A stretch of DNA of 64,000 nt from a candidate division WWE3 bacterium (GTDB lineage: Bacteria > Patescibacteriota > WWE3 > UBA101185 > UBA10185): the NCBI GenBank assembly GCA_052035175.1, contig JBPOHV010000001.1, positions 523,338-587,337 on the forward strand, read 5' to 3'. The notes under the pieces are model-generated. The model made no database searches. It was not told the origin of the DNA and was given only the letters and a program-made list of their open reading frames with translations. Made by a program: the position numbers and the translations under genes. Below are positions 45,976 to 56,428 of this stretch, in pieces (the stretch's first letter is position 1; each line of letters opens with the position of its first letter).

Positions 45976-46677
45976 TTATTTTTGTGGAGTAGAAACAGTG
46001 AATTTTTCAAAATAGATGCATTCTGGAGAAACTCCTTTTTCGCCAAGCATTCTATCGACATCAGCAATCATCATCGGATGCCCGCACAAATAGAAAGACG
46101 CGTCATTTGTATCTATCTCTGTCAAACAATCGGTAACTCTTTTTCCTTCGTCTGATTTGCAAACTACTACTTCAAAATCTTTAAAAATAGATTTTAGATC
46201 TTTGAGCTCTGACATATAAAAAAGCTCTTCGTCATTGCGAACTCCAAAATACAATCTTACGCAGCCATCATATTTGTCGTCGGCCAATTTATAAAAATGT
46301 GAAACAAATGGAGCTACTCCTGTGCCTGTTGCAAAAAAATATGTATTTTTCTTATATGGTTCACGCAGCCAAAATCTACCCGATGGGCCTATAAAATGTG
46401 CTTCGTCACCAATTGCAAGATTTCTTATAAAATCGGCTCCAGCGCCTGTATGCTCGGCTGAAACAAGGAGTTCTATCTTGGATGCATCTTTATAGTCTGA
46501 CGCTATAGAATAGCTTCTAAACGCTTTTTCTCCTACATTTAGTGATATAAACTGACCAGGCAAAAAAGTCATGGTATTTGGCTCTTTATGTGTGAACTCT
46601 ATGCGGTAAACGCGTGAACTGATCTTTTCTTTTTTTGTAAGAATAGATGTGTGCTTTTGAGGTAGTGGTATATTCAT
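45976..46677 (-). CDS. FAD/NAD(P)-binding oxidoreductase (ferredoxin-NADP+ reductase-like)
   Basis: 233 aa. RSYSIAS (FAD-binding RxYS). GTGVAPF (NAD(P)-binding). C-terminal CG motif. Confidence 0.7.
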   Translation of the reverse strand: MNIPLPQKHTSILTKKEKISSRVYRIEFTHKEPNTMTFLPGQFISLNVGEKAFRSYSIASDYKDASKIELLVSAEHTGAGADFIRNLAIGDEAHFIGPSGRFWLREPYKKNTYFFATGTGVAPFVSHFYKLADDKYDGCVRLYFGVRNDEELFYMSELKDLKSIFKDFEVVVCKSDEGKRVTDCLTEIDTNDASFYLCGHPMMIADVDRMLGEKGVSPECIYFEKFTVSTPQK

Positions 46678-46739
46678 GGGTTTATTCTAGCAGAAGATTT
46701 GTTTTATCAGAATGTTTTGTAGGGTATAATACCCCTGCG

Positions 46740-46813
46740 TTGGGGGATCGTCTAACGGTAGGACACCGGACTTTGAATCCGTGAATTGGGGTTCGATTCC
46801 CTGTCCCCCAGCC
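46740..46813 (+). tRNA. tRNA-Gln (anticodon TTG), CCA encoded
   Basis: U1-A72 acceptor tggggga/tccccca with G73 discriminator, typical of bacterial tRNA-Gln. Anticodon loop ctttgaa. A -10 tataat lies at 46724-46729. Confidence 0.75.
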
Positions 46814-46846
46814 AAAAAGAAATAGAACTCGGGTATAATAATCCCC

Positions 46847-47416
46847 ATGAAAACAATTGTAAGTATTTACGGCCCAACGTCAGTTGGAAAAACCACCACA
46901 GTAAAAGAACTAGAGAAACGTATAGGTACTGAAAAATGCACCAGAATATCTTTGGATAAGTACCTTAAAACTAAAAATGCGTCTATAGATAGATTAGCCT
47001 TCCTTAATTCTGACCCTGTAGATTGGGATCTCGTAGAATCACAAATATCAATGCCTGCAGGAAGTTTGGTGAAAAGACCAAAATATGATCATGATACTTA
47101 TACGAGAACAGGGATAGATGAAGAATATTCTTGTACTATTCAAGAATTGATCTTAATTGACGGTGCATGGCCTTATCATAAAGCTGATTTCAAAATACAA
47201 CTTAATTTAGATCCTAACATTCGATTTAGACGTTTAATTTTACGATATTTCAACGAATGGAATAAAAAGGGAGATGTGTGGGTAAAATTTGCGACAGAAA
47301 ATTGGGATCAATTGCCCGGAGTTTATCCAGGTATTAAAGCTGACCTTACACTAGATACATCAAATGCTCTAGATAAAAATATATCGAAGATACTGAGTCA
47401 TATTAATTACTGTTAA
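46847..47416 (+). CDS. P-loop nucleoside/nucleotide kinase (uridine kinase/PRK-like)
   Basis: 189 aa. Walker A (YGPTSVGKTT). Lid-like R-rich segment (NIRFRRLILR). Confidence 0.5.
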   Translation: MKTIVSIYGPTSVGKTTTVKELEKRIGTEKCTRISLDKYLKTKNASIDRLAFLNSDPVDWDLVESQISMPAGSLVKRPKYDHDTYTRTGIDEEYSCTIQELILIDGAWPYHKADFKIQLNLDPNIRFRRLILRYFNEWNKKGDVWVKFATENWDQLPGVYPGIKADLTLDTSNALDKNISKILSHINYC

Positions 47417-47476
47417 ACAATAGATATCTCATTATTACAACAATACAAAGAGAAATTTGCGTAAATCACCAAAAAG

Positions 47477-47911
47477 TTGCGCAATGACTTAAATAAGCAT
47501 AGAGTTCTACATATGAAAGGTTTTAAAACAAATATTGAAAGTATCACAAAAGAAAATACAAATTTTCGTAAAGTACTATATACAGGAAACCACAGCCAAT
47601 TGGTTCTTATGTGTCTACAACCAAATGAAGAAATAGGACTCGAAACTCATTTTGAAAATGATCAATTTTTCCGTTTTGAATCTGGTCAAGGTAAGTGTGT
47701 TATAGACGACAATGAATATACAGTCACTGACGGAGATGCAGTCATTGTTCCTGCAGGTGCAAAACATAATATTATCAACACGTCATCAACTGATAAACTT
47801 AACTTGTATACTATTTACAGCCCAGCTCATCATAAAGACGGTATACTTCGTGTAACAAAAGCTGAAGCTATCGAGAACAACGCAGAATTTGACGGTAAAA
47901 CGACAGAATAA
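47477..47911 (+). CDS. Cupin domain protein
   Basis: 144 aa. Cupin motif region GDAVIVPAGAKHNIINTS. The start may be M13. Confidence 0.55.
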   Translation: MRNDLNKHRVLHMKGFKTNIESITKENTNFRKVLYTGNHSQLVLMCLQPNEEIGLETHFENDQFFRFESGQGKCVIDDNEYTVTDGDAVIVPAGAKHNIINTSSTDKLNLYTIYSPAHHKDGILRVTKAEAIENNAEFDGKTTE

Positions 47912-47946
47912 CACGTTTATTCTAACTCCTGTATAATGAACCTGTA

Positions 47947-49275
47947 GTGAAAAAGAACCTTTTTATACTTCTTGCGATTGTCCTTTTGGGATTTTTTTTG
48001 AGATTTCATAATGTATCAAATAAAGAGCTGTGGTATGACGAAGCTTTTAGCGCAGAAATTGTAAGCAACTCTTATACAGAACTGTATAAATTATCTGCCT
48101 TAGATGTACATCCACCGTTATATTATTTTGTTCTAAAAACATTCACACTGTTTTTTGGAAATTCTGAAGTCGCGCTGCGCTTTCCGTCTATCATATTTGG
48201 AACCGCGCTTATAATATTGACGTATTATCTTGTGGTGTATATGACGGCAAATATAAACCGTGCTCTTTTTGCAGCAATAGTAATTGCAACAAATCCATTC
48301 TTGGTGATTTACTCTCGTGAAGCAAGGTCATACGCGATGCTAGCGTTTCTCACTGTTTTAGCATTTTTCTTGGTAATACGTGCGCTGAGGGAAAACAAAT
48401 ACTATGCGGTATCTGTAGTGTTACCTTTACTTTTTTTAACACACTATATTTCTGTTTTTGTCATCTTGATTTATGCAATTATGCTTTTGATTCATGATAA
48501 AAAGACTTTATTTTATTTACTTCCACTAGCTTTAATAATATTGTTCTGGATTCCTATAATTATAGGTAGTTCTAAATCAACTGGGTTGACATGGGTTCAA
48601 CAATTTTCGGTAATGCGTATTCCAGAAAGTATACATGCATTTTTATTGGGCACTGATACAAATCAACCCAAAATAGCCCCACCGTTAAATCCGTTCCCAA
48701 TAGATACTAACGCACTATCAATATGCATATTTATATTTATTGCTATTTTTATAGGCTTATCGAAACCTACAAAAGAAGCGCAACTTTTACTCTTGTGCGG
48801 AGTCATTCCGATCATTTTAGTTGCATTTACAAGTAAGTATTTAGGGTTTAATTTTTTTGTAGAAAGATTTATGACAGGATATGGTGCGTTGATGCTTATT
48901 TATTGTGTACTTATAATGCCCAAATTATATACGCTATTACCATATGTTGTGTTTTGTATATATCTAATACTTATGCTTAAGCCTATTAATATTGGATACA
49001 GAGAACTTGCAAAGTATAAATTTGATAAACCAATAGTAATGACCGACGCAGGTGATTATATAAATGCAAAATACTATGTCAAAGATATCAAACTAAACGA
49101 AGGAGATTGGCGACAATGGGTCATTATTCACCCTGATGATATTTATAACGAACAAGGTAAAGATAGAGATTTTTATTTGGTGAATAGGGGACCGTTGGAA
49201 GAATGGAAACCAGTAAAAGTGCTAGGTGAGTTTTATTTGTATAATTGGAATGTAGATCAAAAATTAACTCAATAG
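47947..49275 (+). CDS. GT-C fold glycosyltransferase (ArnT/PMT-like) membrane protein
   Basis: 442 aa, multi-TM. DE motif in the first loop (ELWYDEAFSAEI). Paralog of 17690-19225. Confidence 0.5.
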   Translation: MKKNLFILLAIVLLGFFLRFHNVSNKELWYDEAFSAEIVSNSYTELYKLSALDVHPPLYYFVLKTFTLFFGNSEVALRFPSIIFGTALIILTYYLVVYMTANINRALFAAIVIATNPFLVIYSREARSYAMLAFLTVLAFFLVIRALRENKYYAVSVVLPLLFLTHYISVFVILIYAIMLLIHDKKTLFYLLPLALIILFWIPIIIGSSKSTGLTWVQQFSVMRIPESIHAFLLGTDTNQPKIAPPLNPFPIDTNALSICIFIFIAIFIGLSKPTKEAQLLLLCGVIPIILVAFTSKYLGFNFFVERFMTGYGALMLIYCVLIMPKLYTLLPYVVFCIYLILMLKPINIGYRELAKYKFDKPIVMTDAGDYINAKYYVKDIKLNEGDWRQWVIIHPDDIYNEQGKDRDFYLVNRGPLEEWKPVKVLGEFYLYNWNVDQKLTQ

Positions 49276-49399
49276 GTATATAATAGCAATCAATATGGAA
49301 CCACAATCACGATATAAAACTGGTCTGATAAAATACATCTATGGGTTACATGACTGAATTAAATACACTAGTAGGCCTAACTAAAAAATTTGAAAAGAG

Positions 49400-50302
49400 A
49401 TGAAAACACTTAAAGCCACTACAACTGACGGTATAATTTACACAGGATTTTTGTTCGAGCCTGAAATTAAATCTGAGACCATAATTATTCATATTCACGG
49501 CATGAGTGGGGACATGTACATAGATACTTTTCAGCTACCAATGCAAACAGAATATCCAAAACATGGCATCGCTTATCTAGCAGGTGAAAATAGGGGTACT
49601 CATAGCATTACACAATTTGAAACTCCTAGTGGACAACTAAAAAATTTGGGTAACTCATATGAAATTTTTGAAGATTGTATTCTGGATATACAAGCGTGGG
49701 TAGATAAAGCAAAAGAAATGGGATACAAAAACATATGGCTACAAGGGCATTCTTTGGGCACATCTAAAATTGCATACTATTTAGCCCAAACAAAAACACA
49801 AGATATAAAAGGGTTGATCTTACTGAGTCCTTCAGACATGTTAGGCCTAGTTCAATACGAATCAAGCGGGAAAAAAGACCATGAGATATGTGCCGCAGAA
49901 GCGCAACTACTGATTTCACAAAATAAAAATGATCAATTGCTTTCACATAATTTATGGGGAGAAATGAAACTCTCAGCTAATACGTATATGAACTTCTTTG
50001 GGGATAAATCTAGTCTAGGGATATTTAACTATAGTATTAGTGATTTGGGATGGCAGTTAGTAAATACTTTGAGTGTACCAGTTATTGCTTTTACAGGAAC
50101 TAATGATGTAGGGATCGCACCAGTGATTGACCCAGACCAAGCAATGATAATTCTTGAAAAAGAGCTAGTAAATTCTCCACAGAAAAAATCCATAGTTTTC
50201 AAAGATGGGGATCACAGTTTTACAAACCTAGGTGACCAAATTGTTGACTATACTCTTAGCTTTATAAAGCAATGCAACCTGACTATACTTACGAATAGGT
50301 AG
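49400..50302 (+). CDS. Alpha/beta hydrolase
   Basis: 300 aa. GxSxG nucleophile elbow (GHSLG). A C-terminal D/H pair is possible. Confidence 0.55.
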   Translation: MKTLKATTTDGIIYTGFLFEPEIKSETIIIHIHGMSGDMYIDTFQLPMQTEYPKHGIAYLAGENRGTHSITQFETPSGQLKNLGNSYEIFEDCILDIQAWVDKAKEMGYKNIWLQGHSLGTSKIAYYLAQTKTQDIKGLILLSPSDMLGLVQYESSGKKDHEICAAEAQLLISQNKNDQLLSHNLWGEMKLSANTYMNFFGDKSSLGIFNYSISDLGWQLVNTLSVPVIAFTGTNDVGIAPVIDPDQAMIILEKELVNSPQKKSIVFKDGDHSFTNLGDQIVDYTLSFIKQCNLTILTNR

Positions 50303-50417
50303 CACTAATGGGCATATGATAGTAGAAAAATACAAGCTTATTTCTTATTCCTAACTTTAATATACTTTTATAGCACGCTGAGCTTATGCACAAGATTAAG
50401 CCCAGCTCTTATATTCA

Positions 50418-50666
50418 TTAAAACATTCTTGCTACAAACAAAACTACCAGTGCACCTGCAACAGCTATAAGCAGCGACATTGCATTAAATCCAGTTACAT
50501 CGACACCAAAAAGTCGTTGTCCTATGAAACCACCTACAACCGCGCCTATAATCCCAAGAATTATAGATCCTACGATACCTCCACTAGAACTTGGAGAAAT
50601 AAAATTGGCAATACTTCCCGCGATCAATCCAAACACTATCCAATAAATTATAGATATATTACTCAC
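50418..50666 (-). CDS. GlsB/YeaQ/YmgE family small membrane protein
   Basis: 82 aa. Gly-rich TM helices (GSIILGIIGAVVGGFIGQRLFG). Confidence 0.6.
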   Translation of the reverse strand: MSNISIIYWIVFGLIAGSIANFISPSSSGGIVGSIILGIIGAVVGGFIGQRLFGVDVTGFNAMSLLIAVAGALVVLFVARMF

Positions 50667-50693
50667 CCCCTCTGTAAAAATTTACACAAATTA

Positions 50694-51194
50694 CTAAGCT
50701 TGTTGTTCTCCTGAGATTATACGAAGCAGTTTAACAATTCCCCATGATGCGAATCCATAAACAACTAAAGCCACCAAAGTTGCTGGCTCCAAGATAGACA
50801 CAGTCTCAATACCTTGCGATACTGCCTTGCTAAATATATCTTCAAAAGGCATTATGAATAACCCAGTTATTCCATATACGAAACCTACAAAAGCGCTTGA
50901 AGCACTTGCACCTGCTAATTTGAACAATAATCTAAAGAATAATAATATTTCTAAGAACCCAAAGAAAAAATAAATAAGATACTCTATAGTTTGTGAACTA
51001 GTAGCTGCTACTTTGACTTGAGTAGCCATGAGCGGAGTACTTTCTTTACCAGTTGGATTATTTAGTACTGCTGAAGGCGAAGATATATCACTCTGACTTG
51101 TGATTGTTTCTTTTATTACATCTGCCATAATATTCACCTCCTTATAAATGAAATAAATTAATAAAATCTTATTTACTTTCTGAAGCCATAGCAT
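50694..51194 (-). CDS. Hypothetical membrane protein
   Basis: 166 aa with TM helices in the C-terminal half. Confidence 0.35.
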   Translation of the reverse strand: MLWLQKVNKILLIYFIYKEVNIMADVIKETITSQSDISSPSAVLNNPTGKESTPLMATQVKVAATSSQTIEYLIYFFFGFLEILLFFRLLFKLAGASASSAFVGFVYGITGLFIMPFEDIFSKAVSQGIETVSILEPATLVALVVYGFASWGIVKLLRIISGEQQA

Positions 51195-51438
51195 CTTTTA
51201 CAGCATTTACTTTGTTTTCGACTTTTTCTTTACCTTCTGTAAGCTTTTCTGCTATTTCATCTTTTTTCTCTATTACACTAGCTTTTACTTCTGCTATTTT
51301 TGCTTGAGTCTTATCATCTTTAATAGCTATTACAGCAGCTGCGGCGACGACTGCGCCTACTACAGCAGCAGCTACAGGACTTATACCTGACTTTGCATCT
51401 TCTTGCTTTGTATTATTAGTATCATTCATATATCTCAC
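51169..51438 (-). CDS. Small membrane-anchored coiled-coil protein (YtxH-like?)
   Basis: 89 aa. Ala/Val TM segment followed by a Lys/Glu-rich helix. Confidence 0.3.
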   Translation of the reverse strand: MRYMNDTNNTKQEDAKSGISPVAAAVVGAVVAAAAVIAIKDDKTQAKIAEVKASVIEKKDEIAEKLTEGKEKVENKVNAVKDAMASESK

Positions 51439-51508
51439 CTACTTTCGAAAGATAAATCAATTACGCGTTAATCTTATTGTTAATGAAAATATCAGGATAT
51501 ATCTATGG

Positions 51509-51694
51509 TTAATGATCAGTATCAGCTGTAATTACAGCTTTTTTTATAACAGTTTCTTGAGGTAAATAGCTAAATAACGCCAACTCTACAAGCTCTGTTA
51601 AAGTAATTTCTTCGATTACTGCTTGTGCTTTGGCTTGCTTTACAATAGTTGGTTTCAAAAAGAGAGTCGTTCTAAGTTTGTTGTTGTGGTTCAC
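51509..51694 (-). CDS. Possible ribbon-helix-helix (CopG/Arc-like) DNA-binding protein
   Basis: 61 aa. N-terminal beta-strand (TTLFLKPTIV) followed by two helices, as in the RHH fold. No obvious toxin partner. Confidence 0.3.
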   Translation of the reverse strand: MNHNNKLRTTLFLKPTIVKQAKAQAVIEEITLTELVELALFSYLPQETVIKKAVITADTDH

Positions 51695-51766
51695 GTACTT
51701 GTCATACTGCGCTTAGTTGATACACTTGTCAACCAAGTCATACTATATGCTTAGTATATAGACAGA

Positions 51767-52801
51767 TTAATCATTTTTTACATTTCGACCAACAGCGTCA
51801 TAAGTAAGCTTTGATATTTCTTTGAGCGCATTTGATAACTGAGAAAAATCATTTCCCCGCGTCATAACACATAACAGATAAGGGTCTTTCTCAGCATAAA
51901 TAATGCCGCAGTCGTGCAATTGTTTTTCTTGTGTAGAAGCATTACTGCGTTCTCCAAACTTATGTGATACCAAAATATCATCTGGAACGCCTGCAACGAT
52001 TCCTTCTGTATAAACCACATCACTCAGCAGTTTCAAAGCTTTTTCAGAATATTGCCTGCTCAAATATGAAGAGTTGTACAACACTCTAAACAGTGACGAA
52101 TATTCAATCAAAGATAAAACTTTTTCAGTTGGATTTGTTTCGAGAGGTACAATATCTATACCCAAATCGCTAAAAACCCCGTTAAATTCGGCTATTGTTA
52201 AATTATCTTTCAAAGTTTTATAAGCGGTATTATCAGAATAAACAATCATGTGCTTTATCAACTCATCAACCGTATATTTTGAACCAACTGTCAAAGTTAC
52301 ATCAGGTTTAAATTCATCTTCTTGGCTTATATTTGGAATTGTTTCTTTTACCTCGAGTAACTGATCTAAAACTTTTGGATTAGTTTCTGCCTTTTTGTAG
52401 TAAATCATCATGATCGGAACTTTTATCAAACTAGCAGGTGTAAACAAACTCGATTGATTAATGCCAAACCAAGGGCCATTGTTTAAGTCTCTATAATACA
52501 CTGCTGCATGAGTAAACTCTTTTTTTGACAAACCACTATTTATATAACTAGTTAAGGTAGCTTTAATAGCATTAGGAAACACTGCATTATCAAATTCGGT
52601 ATCGCATTCTAGTAAAGGGTTTATAAAAGTATACTGCTCTTTTAGACGAGTTTCGTGTGACGTTGAAATGGGTTTGAAACTCTTTGTAATTAGTATGCCA
52701 AGTGTCAGACCTATAATAACAGCTATTAAAACCAAATATACAACTGTATTTTTACGAATGTATTTTTGACTATGGTCAATATCTAAATCAGACTGTAGCA
52801 C
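51767..52801 (-). CDS. Class A beta-lactamase-related serine hydrolase (paralog of 42587-43552)
   Basis: 344 aa. TM anchor. SxxK (ASLIKVP). SDN (YSDNTAY). HKFG. LHDCGIIYAE block. Confidence 0.6.
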   Translation of the reverse strand: MLQSDLDIDHSQKYIRKNTVVYLVLIAVIIGLTLGILITKSFKPISTSHETRLKEQYTFINPLLECDTEFDNAVFPNAIKATLTSYINSGLSKKEFTHAAVYYRDLNNGPWFGINQSSLFTPASLIKVPIMMIYYKKAETNPKVLDQLLEVKETIPNISQEDEFKPDVTLTVGSKYTVDELIKHMIVYSDNTAYKTLKDNLTIAEFNGVFSDLGIDIVPLETNPTEKVLSLIEYSSLFRVLYNSSYLSRQYSEKALKLLSDVVYTEGIVAGVPDDILVSHKFGERSNASTQEKQLHDCGIIYAEKDPYLLCVMTRGNDFSQLSNALKEISKLTYDAVGRNVKND

Positions 52802-52852
52802 CGCTATATTATAAATGATATCAGGGTATTTATAAAACTGTTGTAGCTTGCA

Positions 52853-53581
52853 CTAAAGCAAAAACAACAACATGTACAAAGACATAAAAAACATAGAACC
52901 ATTTTCCAAAAGGGTTACTTTAGTCATAGGTAGATTAAAAAACGTCCCCACACAAGCACATTGTATCTTTTGATTTGTTTTTAGTGAATTGTAAATACCC
53001 AGCGAACCCACAAACATAATTATTAGCGTAATTAAATTTGTAATAATAGGATAAGCGTCAAAGAAAAAAGCTAGACCAAGCAATAACTCGATAAATGGAT
53101 AAAACAAACCATAACTAACAAACCTTTTTGCTACGATATCGTATTTGCTAAAAGCTTGTGCGAAACCGTTTAAATTTATTAACTTTAATGACCCAAAAAT
53201 CATAAAAAAATAAGACATGTAAAATCTTAAAATAGTATGTATACCTAATTGTTCTTTTATAAACACAGTTGCAACAGTAAGGATAAGAACAATAGAAATA
53301 ATTAAGATTAAAGGTATAAATGTGCGAAAACGGTTTGAACTTGATACAGAAGTTGTATTTGTTGGTGCATGATATTCCACTAATTTATAATTACCTTCTA
53401 GTGAACTTAACGCATTATTAAGTGTTTCTAAAGTTATCTCTTGTGCCGAATCAAAAGTCACCAATGTATCATCGAGGCTTACTACGACATTTGAAATATT
53501 ATCAAGACTAGATATTTTTGACTTTATTTTGGATACACAATTTGCACAATGCATGCCTATAACTGAATATTTATGTTCCAT
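52853..53581 (-). CDS. Heavy-metal-associated (HMA) domain fused to a multi-TM membrane domain
   Basis: 242 aa. N-terminal GMHCANC metal-binding motif, followed by ~5 TM helices with a CAC motif. Confidence 0.55.
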   Translation of the reverse strand: MEHKYSVIGMHCANCVSKIKSKISSLDNISNVVVSLDDTLVTFDSAQEITLETLNNALSSLEGNYKLVEYHAPTNTTSVSSSNRFRTFIPLILIISIVLILTVATVFIKEQLGIHTILRFYMSYFFMIFGSLKLINLNGFAQAFSKYDIVAKRFVSYGLFYPFIELLLGLAFFFDAYPIITNLITLIIMFVGSLGIYNSLKTNQKIQCACVGTFFNLPMTKVTLLENGSMFFMSLYMLLFLL

Positions 53582-53646
53582 AGCATAATAATATCACCCG
53601 TAACAACACAGTACTGTACTAATGAACAAGTTGTTATACTAAACAC

Positions 53647-55077
53647 ATGTACAAACAAGCTACGCTTACATTACCCGAATACCCATCACTAGAAACCGGC
53701 ACACAGCTTGATAAAGCAACTATTGAAGCCGCATTGGGTACTACGGCAGTTAGGAGTATAAATGCACAACTGCAAATGAATACTGAAGTTATGGTTATTG
53801 GTAGCACAGCGCTTGTTGCCACTGTTAATGCAATCCCAACAGATATCACGCGCACACGTTTGCCTGAAACCGAAGCAGATACCGATATATATACATCAGG
53901 TATCGACATACTTACGCCAGATGCGCATTCTCTAGCTGAGCTTCGTGAGTATAGGGCTGCAGCACTTAGTGACTTACAAACTACAGGCATTAATATGCCA
54001 GAAGAGGTCGACGATATAATCGACAGGTTGATTCAAATGCAGCATGAGGTCAACCTCCAAGATTTTTGCCGTACAGAATTTCTTTTTGCACATGAAACAC
54101 CTGCCTTAATAGTACAAAAAGATATACAAGGTGAAACCAACTATCATTGTTTTGATCCGCTAAACGTACTTTCACAAACCCAAGCGCATAATTTACAATT
54201 TACACATACACACAACATGCCTTTACTGCAAACAAACACACAAAGCATTAAGTTTGCCTACTTGAAAACCTTAGCTTGCAATCATAAATTTCAAGCACAT
54301 ACTATGGCTGCTTTGTGGGCGTTAGAATCAATTCCTAGAAGTATAAAAGCACAGGCAGAATTAAACCTTACACCAGATTTTGATGATCCAAGAATTTTAC
54401 CAAGCCAAATTCTAGCCAATCGGATAGCCAATGGCGATAATGTCGTGGCAACCACGCTTCACATTAACGACAAAACAAAAAACATAGACACGTACTTGTG
54501 GTTTAAACAAAGAGTCTTGCGCAATTATGGACAGGCGTGCGCGACCGATCCTGCTACGGCGTTCAAAATGTTTGTCGACTATCCACTATTGGGCATGCTA
54601 TCTCAAGATGCTTTAGCAGAATTACCAGACCTAGGACCAGTTCACATCGATACTAATGATGCCCCAATAAACACAATAGAACTTGCAAATACCATCAGCA
54701 AAAAAACTGATAAAACCTTGCTAAAATATCGAAAACTAATTAATTATTATTACGGTGGAAAGTATATAGATATCAATAATGCTACAGGAAATACCATAAC
54801 CAAGACCTACAGTCGCGAAACACATCCTACGTCTATCAATGAACCCATTGCGCTGCTAATTGTAGCTTTGGGTTGGGATACTAATAATACTGAAGATATG
54901 GATAAAGTGAATCGCCTTGTGCAAAACTGGCAACAAACAGTTGGTACACATACATACGATACTTTTTGGAAAAATGAGAAACGAAGTTTTGATCTAACAA
55001 TGGACAGTACCTCAATAGTAGAGCTAGTTAATGATATCAAGCAAAACCCTGATAAATATTTACAAGAAGTCATATGA
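53647..55077 (+). CDS. Hypothetical protein (476 aa), first gene of a two-gene module
   Basis: No recognisable domain and no TM segment. Overlaps the downstream ORF by 4 bp. Confidence 0.5.
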   Translation: MYKQATLTLPEYPSLETGTQLDKATIEAALGTTAVRSINAQLQMNTEVMVIGSTALVATVNAIPTDITRTRLPETEADTDIYTSGIDILTPDAHSLAELREYRAAALSDLQTTGINMPEEVDDIIDRLIQMQHEVNLQDFCRTEFLFAHETPALIVQKDIQGETNYHCFDPLNVLSQTQAHNLQFTHTHNMPLLQTNTQSIKFAYLKTLACNHKFQAHTMAALWALESIPRSIKAQAELNLTPDFDDPRILPSQILANRIANGDNVVATTLHINDKTKNIDTYLWFKQRVLRNYGQACATDPATAFKMFVDYPLLGMLSQDALAELPDLGPVHIDTNDAPINTIELANTISKKTDKTLLKYRKLINYYYGGKYIDINNATGNTITKTYSRETHPTSINEPIALLIVALGWDTNNTEDMDKVNRLVQNWQQTVGTHTYDTFWKNEKRSFDLTMDSTSIVELVNDIKQNPDKYLQEVI

Positions 55078-56300
55078 AGTTAATAACCAAACCTTTTTCT
55101 GAAAATAAAATAGCAGAGTTCAAAAATAAAATCTTGACACGATCTGCACAACTTCAAAACGTTACACTAAACTTTATACCAGGTACGGGTGTTACATCTA
55201 TCTTGAGTTACTTATTAAGAGAAAGACAGAATATAGGAGAGTACACTCAAAATCATCTCTTTATCTTAATTAATGTTAATAAATTCAATATCAACTCAGA
55301 TCAAGAAATACAGCGAGCTGTAAGCATCATACAAAATATGTACAGTAATGACATTGCATTTCGCTTGGACTTATCTGTATATAACGTAAATGATCTAAAT
55401 GCATTTAAGAACCTTATTCATGAGCTTACTTTTAAACATAAATATGAACTAACGTTTATGTTTACTGAAGCTGCTTCTTTATTTTTTTCAAAGTCAACGA
55501 CACTGCATGAGTTATACGAGATATTGAAAATCAACCCCATGCTAACATCTGGGGTATTTTTTAATATATTTGAGTACGATGATGCTGATATCAATAGGCT
55601 AGGGGAGTTGGCATCATTTTTTATACAAAATATTGAGTACTACAATGCAACTGATACATACTCACTAAATGCATACGTTCAAAATCAAGTAGCCTTCTTA
55701 TCCAAAACCTACAATAAGACGTTTATTAATAAATTAATTGATCTTTGCGATACAGATGCAAAGACTTTTAAACATGCTATAGATTTAGCAAATACCGAAG
55801 ATGACTTTGACAATAAATTCCTGAACTCAACTAATGTATACCACTTGCTCAACCCAGACTGGCTTAATACTAGATTTCAAGCAATTGTAAAAAACTTAAA
55901 ACCAGCATCCAAATCATGGTTGCAAACTGGTAAAACTAACCCAACAAAATTTTTACTCAAAACAAACTTTGTTACACCGATTAATTCAACATATCAGCGT
56001 TTTAATAAATTGTTTGAAGAATTTATAAAAAATGCCGATCTGGAAACAACAACCCGTAATGTAGCTGATACACAGCTTAGTGGTATTGAACAACTGGTCT
56101 TGGAATTTTTACTAAAGAATGAAGGCCAAATTGTATCCAAAACCGATATAGCCAAAATTTTATGGCAAAACTCTTGGGAAGAAAAGTATTCGGAATGGGC
56201 GATTGATAAGTTTTTATCACGGCTTAGATCTTCATTGTCGTCAATTAATTACAAAAAGGCGTTAAAAACTGTAAAAGGTAAAGGCGTTATTTTGGCCTAG
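55074..56300 (+). CDS. Hypothetical protein with a C-terminal OmpR/PhoB-type winged-helix DNA-binding domain
   Basis: 408 aa. C-terminus LSGIEQLVLEFLLKNEGQIVSKTDIAKILWQNSWEEKYSEWAIDKFLSRLRSSL...LKTVKGKGVIL matches the Trans_reg_C pattern. N-terminal GTGVTS may be a degenerate P-loop. Confidence 0.5.
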   Translation: MKLITKPFSENKIAEFKNKILTRSAQLQNVTLNFIPGTGVTSILSYLLRERQNIGEYTQNHLFILINVNKFNINSDQEIQRAVSIIQNMYSNDIAFRLDLSVYNVNDLNAFKNLIHELTFKHKYELTFMFTEAASLFFSKSTTLHELYEILKINPMLTSGVFFNIFEYDDADINRLGELASFFIQNIEYYNATDTYSLNAYVQNQVAFLSKTYNKTFINKLIDLCDTDAKTFKHAIDLANTEDDFDNKFLNSTNVYHLLNPDWLNTRFQAIVKNLKPASKSWLQTGKTNPTKFLLKTNFVTPINSTYQRFNKLFEEFIKNADLETTTRNVADTQLSGIEQLVLEFLLKNEGQIVSKTDIAKILWQNSWEEKYSEWAIDKFLSRLRSSLSSINYKKALKTVKGKGVILA

Positions 56301-56428
56301 ATAAAGCATAAACTGCCCACATGTCAGGAATAGTCAAATGGGAAATACCCTATAGTATTATTATTTTCTTATCAATTTAAACAACTCCCGCTACGGCGGG
56401 AATCAATGTTCATTAAAGGAGTTAATCG

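Noticed and set aside
53634-53990. 118-aa minus-strand ORF
   Set aside because: It is antisense to the start of the 476-aa gene. Its Ser/Ala-rich composition is typical of a reverse-frame artefact.
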